DNA from: an uncultured Gemmatimonadales bacterium
GTDB taxonomy: Bacteria > Gemmatimonadota > Gemmatimonadetes > Gemmatimonadales > Gemmatimonadaceae
Direction of reading: 5' to 3'
DNA length: 64,000 nucleotides
NCBI GenBank assembly: GCA_963793305.1
Contig: CAWBZV010000002.1
Coordinates: 384,001 to 448,000 of the forward strand
The first letter of the stretch is position 1; each line of letters begins with the position of its first letter. Below the pieces are notes generated by a model. That model ran no database searches. It had not been told where the DNA came from and saw only the letters and a list, made by a program, of their open reading frames with translations. Positions 55,893 to 64,000 of the stretch are shown here, in pieces. A program made the translations under genes and the position numbers.

Positions 55893-56842
55893 TCTACCGT
55901 CGTTCCGGTCGCAGCGGACTCGATCTCCCCGCGCTCTCGCTCGGCCTGTGGCACAATTTCGGCAGCGTCGACCCATACGACGTGGCCCGCGCGATGGTCC
56001 TGCACGCGTTCGACATAGGCATTACGCATTTCGACCTCGCGAATAACTACGGTCCGGCGCCAGGCTCGGCCGAGATGACGTTCGGCCGGATTCTGCGAGA
56101 GGATCTGTTGGGCCACCGCGACGAGATGATCATCTCGACGAAGGCCGGATATGGGATGTGGGCAGGCCCCTATGGCGACGGCGGCTCCCGCAAGTATCTG
56201 CTCGCGAGTCTCGACCAGAGTCTCCGCCGGATGGGGCTCGAGTACGTCGATCTCTTCTACTCGCATCGTCCGGACCCGAGGACGCCAGTCGAAGAGACGA
56301 TGCTGGCGCTCGACCAGGTGGTCCGCCAGGGCAAGGCGCTCTACGTCGGTATCTCGAACTACGACCCGGCCCAAACCCAATCCGCCGCGGCTGTCCTCCG
56401 CTCGTTGCGCACGCCGTTCGTGATCCACCAGCCGCGCTACAGCATGTTCGACCGACGCATCGAGAATGGCCTTCTCAATGTTCTGGCCGATCTGGGCCTG
56501 GGCTGCATCGTGTTTTCGCCGCTCGCGCAGGGGCTATTGACCGATCGGTATCTGCGAGACATTCCATCTGATTCCAGGGCAGGGAAGCCCCACGGTTTCC
56601 TCAAGCCGGAATCGATCACCGACGCCCGCCGCGCCCAGATCGTGAAACTCAACGCGATCGCCACCGCCCGCGGCCAAAGTCTCGCTCAGATGGCGATCGC
56701 CTGGGTGCTCCGCCACCCGACGGTGACCTCGGCCCTCATCGGCGCGAGCCGCGTATCACAGATCGACAACTCGGTCGCCGCGCTCGACCGATTGGCATTC
56801 TCGGACGACGAGTTGCGCGCGATCGATCAGGCCTTGGCCTGA
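55889..56842 (+). CDS. Aldo/keto reductase (YghZ/MgrA-like)
   Basis: SLGLWHNFG, HFDLANNYGP, ISTKAGY, FYSHR, FSPLAQGLL. Confidence 0.92.
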   Translation: MIYRRSGRSGLDLPALSLGLWHNFGSVDPYDVARAMVLHAFDIGITHFDLANNYGPAPGSAEMTFGRILREDLLGHRDEMIISTKAGYGMWAGPYGDGGSRKYLLASLDQSLRRMGLEYVDLFYSHRPDPRTPVEETMLALDQVVRQGKALYVGISNYDPAQTQSAAAVLRSLRTPFVIHQPRYSMFDRRIENGLLNVLADLGLGCIVFSPLAQGLLTDRYLRDIPSDSRAGKPHGFLKPESITDARRAQIVKLNAIATARGQSLAQMAIAWVLRHPTVTSALIGASRVSQIDNSVAALDRLAFSDDELRAIDQALA

Positions 56843-58320
56843 GGCGCCATCGCGCTGAAGTCCGTGTCGCCGAGACCCGTCAATTCGGTGAACGTGCGCC
56901 ACGCGTCCGGCTCCACGCCACCGCTCGCGAGTTGCTCGATGGCCAGGAATGGAGCAATCGACACACCGTCCTTGTGTAAGCCGATCGGCCGACCGAGCAT
57001 CGCCGAGAGCGTCCAGCCGTTCGCGTAGAGCGCGATGACGATCGGAGCCCCCAGCGTCGCGGCGAGCTGACGCGCGCGCTCTTCTTTGTTCGGGGTCCGA
57101 ATGCCCATGTTGACCGCGAGCCCTTCGAAGTCGAACGTGGGGTTGCCGAGCGCGGCGAGCGTCAGTCCGCGTAACCGTGGCATTTTCGCCCGGGCCACGC
57201 GCCGCCAGCGCGGAATCCAGACGCGCTCGCCGACGCTGGTCCACGCGATCGCTTGCAGTTTGTTGGCGCGGTCCTTCGGCGCGAGCGTCTTGGTGAGCGC
57301 GGCCTCGAGGCTCTCAATGTCGTCCAGCAGCGACAGCGCGGGCGCGCGATCCGATTCAGCGCCCGCGGGTAGCGGAGAAGGGAGCTCGCCGAGCGAAGCG
57401 AGTGCCGCGAGACGCTCGCGAAGCGCGGGATGCGTGTTGTAGGTCCCGGCGCTCCCGTGCTCGAGCTCCTCGGCCAGCAGCTGCAACGTCTGCCGGGCGA
57501 TCACGGGCTGCGCCAGGAAATCGCGAAACCCCGCGACCACCGGCGGCCGAAATCCTTCCGCCAGCGCCGGGTCGTACTCCGTTTGCCAGAAGCTGTTGAA
57601 CGCCGGTGCAGTTCGCTTGATGGTCCTGAGCCCGCTGCTGACGGTGTCGACCCCGACAAGGCGGGCGGCCAGCGCGTCCGCGGCGTATTCCTGCCGTCGC
57701 GAGATCGACAGCGTCACCTTCAGGAAGGTCTTGCCGTACACCGTGAATGGCGTCCGTATCAGCTTATGATAGCCCGACAGTTGGTCGAGGGTCCGCTCGA
57801 TCGCGCCACGCGTCTGATAGATCCACGGACCGAGCGCGGTATCGCCACCGTGATAGTGTCCGAACTCGTGCGCGAGAACGCCGCGCATCTCGCCGACATC
57901 GAGCGTCTCGAGGAGCGGCAGCCCAATGGCCATGACGCGCCGGCCGCCGATGCCCATGACCCCGCCCCGTTGCGCGACCCAGGCATTGAGATCGCCGATG
58001 AGATACACGGACTTGGGTCTCGCCTGACCCGTGGCGGTCGCGAGGGCATCGAGCACCGCGAACAGGCGCGGTTGCTTGGCCGGGAGCAGTTCGACGCCGG
58101 GTGGCTTGAACTTGTCGATGCGCGGCGCGACGCCGACGAGGATGCCGATGGCGGCGCCAATGGACGCGAGTCCGATCCGGAGATCCACTCGATCGATATA
58201 GTGGTACTCGAGGTATGGGACGGAGAGCAGTCCCACGACCAGTGCGGCGGCCAACACGTAGAAGCCGACCATGAGCGCGACCGCGAGCGCTGCCCGTGCG
58301 GCGAGCGATGGTGCTGGCAT
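56827..58320 (-). CDS. M48 family (HtpX-like) zinc metalloprotease
   Basis: LAHEFGH, RRQEYAAD, THP.L..R; N-terminal TM helices. Confidence 0.88.
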   Translation of the reverse strand: MPAPSLAARAALAVALMVGFYVLAAALVVGLLSVPYLEYHYIDRVDLRIGLASIGAAIGILVGVAPRIDKFKPPGVELLPAKQPRLFAVLDALATATGQARPKSVYLIGDLNAWVAQRGGVMGIGGRRVMAIGLPLLETLDVGEMRGVLAHEFGHYHGGDTALGPWIYQTRGAIERTLDQLSGYHKLIRTPFTVYGKTFLKVTLSISRRQEYAADALAARLVGVDTVSSGLRTIKRTAPAFNSFWQTEYDPALAEGFRPPVVAGFRDFLAQPVIARQTLQLLAEELEHGSAGTYNTHPALRERLAALASLGELPSPLPAGAESDRAPALSLLDDIESLEAALTKTLAPKDRANKLQAIAWTSVGERVWIPRWRRVARAKMPRLRGLTLAALGNPTFDFEGLAVNMGIRTPNKEERARQLAATLGAPIVIALYANGWTLSAMLGRPIGLHKDGVSIAPFLAIEQLASGGVEPDAWRTFTELTGLGDTDFSAMAPQAKA

Positions 58321-58322
58321 GG

Positions 58323-58769
58323 CTAGAACACGAGATTCCGGATGATGCGCCACGCACCGTCCGACTCTTTGCGCCAGACGGTGAGGTACGGCCCGCGCGA
58401 GCTGTGGATGGCGCCGGCCGTGTCGGTGAACGTCATGCCGCCGTGACCCCACTCATAGACAAGCGTGTCGTTCACCGCCTGCACGCCCTCGCGCACGATG
58501 GCCCCAGCGTGGATGCTTGCAATCGAGCCCAATCGGCGCCGGTACAAGGCCGCAATGCTGTCGCGGCTGCGAATGACCACGCCGGCCGCCGTCACGAACA
58601 TCCCGTCGCGATCGTAGGGCGCGACGATGCGCTCCACGTCGCGCGACTGCATGGCGCCGAGCCAGTCGGAGTCCGCGCGATCGATCGTCGACAACGCCGC
58701 GGCGCTCTGCGCGCGCACCGCCACCGGCGCCAGCGCGGCGAGGCCCAGCAAGGCGACGCAGAGTCTCAT
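58323..58769 (-). CDS. Exported NTF2/SnoaL-like (DUF4440) protein
   Basis: Signal peptide; YEWG..GPYLTVWRKE.DG.WRI. Confidence 0.8.
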   Translation of the reverse strand: MRLCVALLGLAALAPVAVRAQSAAALSTIDRADSDWLGAMQSRDVERIVAPYDRDGMFVTAAGVVIRSRDSIAALYRRRLGSIASIHAGAIVREGVQAVNDTLVYEWGHGGMTFTDTAGAIHSSRGPYLTVWRKESDGAWRIIRNLVF

Positions 58770-58775
58770 CGGAGA

Positions 58776-59993
58776 TCAGCTGAGCGCTTCGAGCAGCCGT
58801 TCAACGTCCGCCATATCGTTGTAGACCGACGGCGCGATGCGCATCCAATAGTCGGCGACCCGAACACTCACGCGCGCGGCCTGCAGCTTCTTGGTGATGC
58901 CCGCCCCGTCCTTGTGCGCAAACGTCACGATCGGCGACGTGCTGTCGATGGGCGTTTGCGGCGTGAACCCGAGTCGCGGCATCTCGGTCTGCAGACGTTG
59001 GAGCAGCGGCTGTCGATGCGCCCGGATCGCGTCCACGCCGAGCGATTGGATATAGGGGAGCGAGACCGCCAGCGCCGCGCGCGCGCCATAGGCCAAGGTG
59101 CCGAGGTGCGTGTAGCTGTTGGTGTCCGGGCCGAGGGTGTACGTCAACGGCGTCGCCGACTGCGGATCGAGCGGCGAGAGATGGATCTCGGCGTCCGGCG
59201 CCGACTCGTAGCTCGCATGCAGTCGGGGGAAGACGGTGCCGAGGAGATCCTCGCGCACGTACATGAAGGCGAGGCCGAAGTCACCCATGAGCCACTTGTA
59301 GGTAGCCGCTGCCGCGAAGTCGACGCCGGTCGCGTGAATGTCGAGTGGGATCGCGCCGGCGCCCTGGATGAGATCCGCGTAGACATACGCGCCGTGGGCA
59401 TGCGCGAGGTCGGCCACGGCCTTCAAGTCGTGCTGGAAGCCGTTGTACATCGAGACGAAGGACACTTCGATGAGCCGCGTGTTCGTATCGACGACCCGCT
59501 CCATGTCGCGCATATCGATCCGCCCCTCGCGGGGCGTCACGATGCGCAGATCGAGCCCGCGCTTTCGCAATTCGAGGAGATGCACGAGCGCGCCATCGAA
59601 ATGCAGCCCATCGGTCACCACGTTGCCTGGCCCTTTCCCAATCCCCAGCGCCTCGACGACCAAATTCTCGCCGGTGCTCGTATTCGGGATATAGCCGATC
59701 TCGGACGGCTTCGCGTTGATCAGTGCCGCAAACGCGGCGACCGGATCGACGGGACGCGCGGGCGCATCCGCGAAACCCACCATCGAACGATGATCGAGGA
59801 ATGCCCGGTACGCGTCGGCCGCGGCGACGGGCATCGGATGCGTGTACGCCCCGTTGATATACGTCCATCCGTCCGCAAACCGAAAATCCGCCTTGCGCGG
59901 AAACCCCGGCGCGGGAAAATCGAAGCGACCCCGCGCCGCGCCGGCGACAATGCCACCGAGGCTCATGAGCATATCGCGCCGGTTGAGCGTCAT
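58776..59993 (-). CDS. Class V PLP-dependent enzyme with twin-arginine signal
   Basis: NRRDML, D.IQGAG, TYKWLMG, RIAPSVYN. Confidence 0.85.
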   Translation of the reverse strand: MTLNRRDMLMSLGGIVAGAARGRFDFPAPGFPRKADFRFADGWTYINGAYTHPMPVAAADAYRAFLDHRSMVGFADAPARPVDPVAAFAALINAKPSEIGYIPNTSTGENLVVEALGIGKGPGNVVTDGLHFDGALVHLLELRKRGLDLRIVTPREGRIDMRDMERVVDTNTRLIEVSFVSMYNGFQHDLKAVADLAHAHGAYVYADLIQGAGAIPLDIHATGVDFAAAATYKWLMGDFGLAFMYVREDLLGTVFPRLHASYESAPDAEIHLSPLDPQSATPLTYTLGPDTNSYTHLGTLAYGARAALAVSLPYIQSLGVDAIRAHRQPLLQRLQTEMPRLGFTPQTPIDSTSPIVTFAHKDGAGITKKLQAARVSVRVADYWMRIAPSVYNDMADVERLLEALS

Positions 59994-60931
59994 GCGTCGG
60001 CCAGCACGTCGCGAAAAACCGGCCGATCGACGTTGCCACCGCTCAAGAATACCGCCACCCGCTTGCCGGCCACCCGCGGGCGATCGCTCAGCACGGCGGC
60101 GAGTCCGACGGCGCCAGCGCCCTCGGCCACATTGTGGGTGTCCGTGAAGTACGCGCGCATCGCCGAGCGAATCGCGTCCTCGGATACCGTCACCACGCGA
60201 GCGACGCCACGGCGAATGATCTCGACGGCTTCACTCACCGGAGCGCGGACCGCCACGCCGTCCGCGATCGTATCGCCCGGGGGCGACGGAATCGCATGAC
60301 CCGCCTCGAATGAGCGTGCATAGGCCGGCAAGCGATCACTGACGACGCCGACGATCTCAGTCCGAAGACCCAGTGCATCCCGGGCCGCGACCGCGCCGCA
60401 GATACACGAACCCTGGCCGATCGCAACGTAGAGCACGTCGAGGTCGGGCACCGCGCGAAACAGCTCGAGGCTCGCCAATGCCACCCCGCGCACCAGCGAC
60501 GGATGAAAGCTCCGCGTCATGTGCAATCCACGCTCCGCGGCTACCTGCTCGGCGTGCGCGACGGCTTCCTCGAAATGATCGCCGCACTCGATGAGCTCCG
60601 CGCCGAGCGCGCGCGTGGCCGCATTCTTCTCGCGGCTGTTGCCGTGCGGCACGACGATCGATATCGGGATGCCGACCTTGCGCGCGGCGAACGCCATGCT
60701 CTGGCCGAAATTGCCCCTCGTCGCGGCAATCAGGCCTGGCGGACGTGGCGATAAGCTCGCGACGTACACCAAGGCGCCGCGAATCTTGAATGACCCGACG
60801 GGCGTGTGATTCTCATGCTTGACCCACAAATCGCAGCCCGCGCGCGCTGAGAGCAGCGGCCAAGCGATTTGCGGAGTTGGCGGCAGCGTCGCGTGAACGA
60901 CCGCGGCGGCTTGCTCGAGGTCGGCGAGCAT
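59990..60931 (-). CDS. Threonine/serine dehydratase family PLP enzyme
   Basis: KHENHTPVGSFKIRG, TRGN.GQS, TIADG, AEGAGA, LSGGNVD. Confidence 0.9.
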   Translation of the reverse strand: MLADLEQAAAVVHATLPPTPQIAWPLLSARAGCDLWVKHENHTPVGSFKIRGALVYVASLSPRPPGLIAATRGNFGQSMAFAARKVGIPISIVVPHGNSREKNAATRALGAELIECGDHFEEAVAHAEQVAAERGLHMTRSFHPSLVRGVALASLELFRAVPDLDVLYVAIGQGSCICGAVAARDALGLRTEIVGVVSDRLPAYARSFEAGHAIPSPPGDTIADGVAVRAPVSEAVEIIRRGVARVVTVSEDAIRSAMRAYFTDTHNVAEGAGAVGLAAVLSDRPRVAGKRVAVFLSGGNVDRPVFRDVLADA

Positions 60932-60956
60932 AGAGAAAAGTATACAGCCTTACGGC

Positions 60957-62385
60957 CTATTGTTGGAGTTGCCGGCGCCGACTCTTGAGGTTGTCGACGA
61001 CTCCGGTCAGCGACTCCGGCACCGGCGCCGCATCGCGCGTCAACGCGCGGAGCCCACGACGGCCAGCCTCCGCGATGTACGTGTACTCGTTGAGCCAATG
61101 TTTCCCGGCGATCTCGCCCATGATCCGGTAGTGCTCGACCGCCCGCGCGCCGAGCCCTAAGAGTCCGTAGCCATCGGCCAGGCGCCAATGGAGCTCCGCC
61201 TGCAAGCGCGCGGGCAACTGCGCCGGATCACCAACCGCCCGCCGGTGATGCTCGAACCCCAGCTCGTCCCCATCCTCGGCCGCCAACCGCAGCAGGTCGA
61301 TCGCGGCCTGCGCCCGCGCGTCGCTCTCGACCGCCGTCGCCTCCGCGATGAGGAACGCATCGCGCGCCGCATCGCGGGCGCCGAGGCGCGACAGCGCGCA
61401 CGCCAGATCCTGAAGGACACGCTCGCGCTGCGCCGACTCGACGCAGGCTTCGAGCGCGGTCGAGAAGTAATTGGCCGCCTCCTCGTCCAGATTCTGCATC
61501 AGCGCGACGTGGCCGCGATCGTGGGACGCGCGCGCAAAGGCATCGCGATGCCCACCCTCGCGCGCTTCGCGCATCACGGCGTCGAAGATTGCGATGGCCT
61601 GCGGCACCTGGCCCCGGTGTAAGGCCACGTGGCCCTGCCCATTGCGGAGCCGGAGCTCGGCGGCCGTGTCGCCCGCGGCACGTGCCGCCTCGCGACCCTC
61701 TTCGTAGGCGCGCGCCGCATCGTCCATGTGGCCCAGCTGGCGATGGCAGAAGGCGAGCCGGCCGTAGACGAGCGGCAGGCCCCGCCGATCCTCCGGCTCG
61801 AACGCGTATCGGCAGGCCATCTGATACACGTCCACCGCCAACGAGAATTCGGCGTGCGTCTCCAGCAGCAGCCCGTATCCGAATAGCAGCGTCGGGAGCG
61901 ATCCGACCTCATCGTCCGAAAACTCGCGGGGGACTTCGGTCAACTTCCGCAGGACGTCGCGCATCCGGTCGTCCGGCACGCCATCAATGGTGCGTCGCAC
62001 CAGCACGACCTCCCGAAACGTTGGACCGTGCCCAGTCTCCGCGCGGTTGACCCACCGGTCGATGAGGCGCAGGGTCAACAACCCAGCTCGGAATGCTCGC
62101 TGGAGAGGCGAGTCGTCGGCGAGCGCTCCCAGTCGCCTGAAAAACGCCAGAATGGGCGACCCCCTCGGCCTGTGGTCCGCCTAAGCCCTCGTGCGGGTGC
62201 GCCGGCTCATGGGCGGGCGGGGTATCCGGCGGCGCATCGATCGGCTGCCAATAGAACTGGATCGTCGCGCCGCGCGCGTCGCGCACAATACGCTGTGCCC
62301 GCCGATAGCCATTGCAGCACTTAGCGGCATCGTCAGCCAGAACCCACGTGTGGCGCTCCGGACCGGAGCAGCGGAAAACGTCCAT
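60957..62385 (-). CDS. TPR/helical-repeat protein; probable +1 frameshift at 62151-62152 joins a Cys-containing N-terminus
   Basis: TPR-like helices 60957-62081; frame open to 62177 with no ATG; deleting one A joins MDVFRC... to ...VAHLAFF... Confidence 0.6.
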
Positions 62386-62530
62386 GCACGGCCGATGGCA
62401 GGTGTGAGGCTCGCGGCGAGCCCTCGCGACCTTGATCACCGGCGAACATATCTTGACGCCACGCGCCAACCAGATGCGAGAACGCCCCGGCCCTACTCGT
62501 CCACAGGTTCTTGCCCGTGCGTTCCCTGCC

Positions 62531-62782
62531 TCACCGCGCGCTTTTGCGCTTCGCCGCTGGTCGCCGAACGGCCTGACGCTCGTACGCGAACAGCGCCGAC
62601 GGCTCGACCTGCAGCACGTCGCACAGCGCCTGCAACACGCCGAGGCTCACGAACTTGACGGCTCCCCGTTCGCGGGCGATGCGGTACAGGGTCGCTTCGG
62701 TCAATCTCCCGCCCGAATCGCGCGCGACCTCGTACGGGGTCTGATTCCGCTCCTTGAATAACTCCGGAATGCGCAACCGCAT
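62531..62782 (-). CDS. Cro/C1-type HTH (Xre) regulator
   Basis: MRLRIPEL..TPYEVA..LTEATLYRI..LCDVL.VEP..LF; TAGCTT 7 nt upstream. Confidence 0.8.
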   Translation of the reverse strand: MRLRIPELFKERNQTPYEVARDSGGRLTEATLYRIARERGAVKFVSLGVLQALCDVLQVEPSALFAYERQAVRRPAAKRKSAR

Positions 62783-62893
62783 TGGGCCGAAGCTATTTGG
62801 GAACAAGCGGCGCGGTAGTGTCAGAGTCAATTGCACTCAAGGTCGTTAGTATTGGGTGAGGCAAATTCACCGTCATTTCAACGGGAGCGCCCA

Positions 62894-63166
62894 ATGCCTG
62901 ACCACGCGCCCAAGCGTCGTTCGTTACTCACCCGCGAACTGGCTGGACGCGCTGTCCACACGCTGCGACAGCGGCGTCTGCTCAGCCAGGAGAAACTCGG
63001 TCGGTTGAGTGGTGTCGACCGTCCTGCCATTGGGAGCATGGAGCGAGGCGAGCGTTGGGGGCTGCTGTTGACGTACGACAAGCTGCTCATGGGCCTGGGA
63101 GCCACATGGACCGAGTTGGGCGCGGAGCTCGATCGGCTCATCGCAGCCAATCGCAACCGGTCCTAA
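62894..63166 (+). CDS. Xre family HTH regulator
   Basis: LRQRRLLSQEKLG..SGVDR..IG.MERGER; GGGAG RBS. Confidence 0.8.
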   Translation: MPDHAPKRRSLLTRELAGRAVHTLRQRRLLSQEKLGRLSGVDRPAIGSMERGERWGLLLTYDKLLMGLGATWTELGAELDRLIAANRNRS

Positions 63167-63237
63167 GTTATGTGACAGAAGCGCATTCGAGCCCTCGCCA
63201 CGATCGTCGGATGCGTCGCTATCCTGGGTACCACTAC

Positions 63238-63600
63238 GCGACCGCACGGCAGTTGGACATCATCGGACGCCATCCGCACCTCGTCGACGCAGCAGTGCTC
63301 GTCTCGTGTCCGTGTGATCTCGGACCATGGCGGCGGCATATGTTCTACCTACAGCATCAGCTGGTCTACTGGTTGCCCGTGCACAGCCTCTCGCCCATGG
63401 ACCTGGCCTCGGAGGTCGATACCGCGACACCGGTCAAGGTCATCGTCGGCGATTCGGACAATGTGGCACCGCCGGAGCTGAGTCGTGCCTACGCCGCCAA
63501 GCTCCGCGACCGCCACGTCCCCGTGACATTGATCGAGATCCCTGGCGCGCCACACAACATCCTCCTCGATCCGCGTGTGCTGAGCGAGATCGCCGCGATG
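63238..63600 (+). pseudogene. C-terminal fragment of an alpha/beta hydrolase
   Basis: AAVLVSCPCD, SLSP, VGDSDNV, PGAPHN (Asp/His of triad) but no GxSxG and no credible start. Confidence 0.55.
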
Positions 63601-63616
63601 CGGTATCTTATACGCC

Positions 63617-64000
63617 GTGTTGCGCTTGATCACGCTCGGCGGCTTGGCCCTGACACGTGACGGTGCCCCATATGCCGGCGCGGCAGCCCAACGCCGGCGC
63701 CTGGCTCTGTTGGCCGTTGTGGCTGCCTCGGGCACGACAGGCGTCAGCCGGGACAGACTGCTCTCGTTTTTCTGGCCGGACTCGGGCGAAGACCAGGCGC
63801 GGCACGCTCTGAACCAGGCGCTGTTTCAGATTCGGCAAGCGCTTGGCTCCGAGGCCATCGCCTCCGCCAGCACCTCGTTGGCGCTCAACCCCGCGGTCGT
63901 ATCGAGCGACATAGCCGATTTCGACCTCGCCACCAGTGACCGGGCGCACGAGCGGGCGGCAGCGCTGTACCAAGGGCCGTTTCTGGACGGCTTTTTCCTG
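63617..64000 (+). CDS. SARP/BTAD-type transcriptional activator, 3'-truncated by window edge
   Basis: Translated by hand: LITLGGL..RRRLALLA..VSRDRL..FWPD..ARHALNQAL..LYQGPFLDGF; TATCTT 7 nt before GTG. Confidence 0.85.
   Translation, partial: MLRLITLGGLALTRDGAPYAGAAAQRRRLALLAVVAASGTTGVSRDRLLSFFWPDSGEDQARHALNQALFQIRQALGSEAIASASTSLALNPAVVSSDIADFDLATSDRAHERAAALYQGPFLDGFFL

Noticed and set aside
58296..60299. Long alternative ORFs (this one, 5038-6720, 13930-15684 and others)
   Set aside because: Shadow frames of well-supported genes, expected at high GC, with no recognisable motifs

Overview
High-GC bacterial chromosomal window, most likely Gemmatimonadota. This is inferred from gene content (ADOP permease, BTAD regulator, SusC/SusD pair) and no marker gene confirms it. 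I see no rRNA, tRNA, CRISPR array or transposase. Left part: M28 peptidase, a CorC/CDF metal pair, pilT, typA and an Asp-rich protein. Next is a two-component system followed by a sulfur-relay operon (rhodanese, two half-size YeeE/YedE proteins, a rhodanese with a C-terminal Cys, and a Moco-sulfurase-like PLP enzyme); both promoters share a 19-bp box. Middle part: an HpnR-like protein lacking its CxxxCxxC motif, lactate permease, MCP, msrA, FHA-PrsW, a type-F (Mycobacterium Sdh1-like) succinate dehydrogenase, a Tat DsrE-like protein with an in-frame TauE-TsdA fusion, and a TPR-GT41. An ~20 kb ROK-regulated beta-mannan utilisation locus follows (GH5-esterase fusion, SusC/D, SSS, GH130, 2-epimerase, tandem GH26, GH3, GH27, AKR), then a regulatory tail. 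Ten of the eleven apparent frameshifts can be repaired by removing one doubled A in a GAYG context, six of them in GACGTC. They are therefore probably modification-linked base-calling errors rather than pseudogenes. All product calls come from motif recognition by eye; no searches were run.
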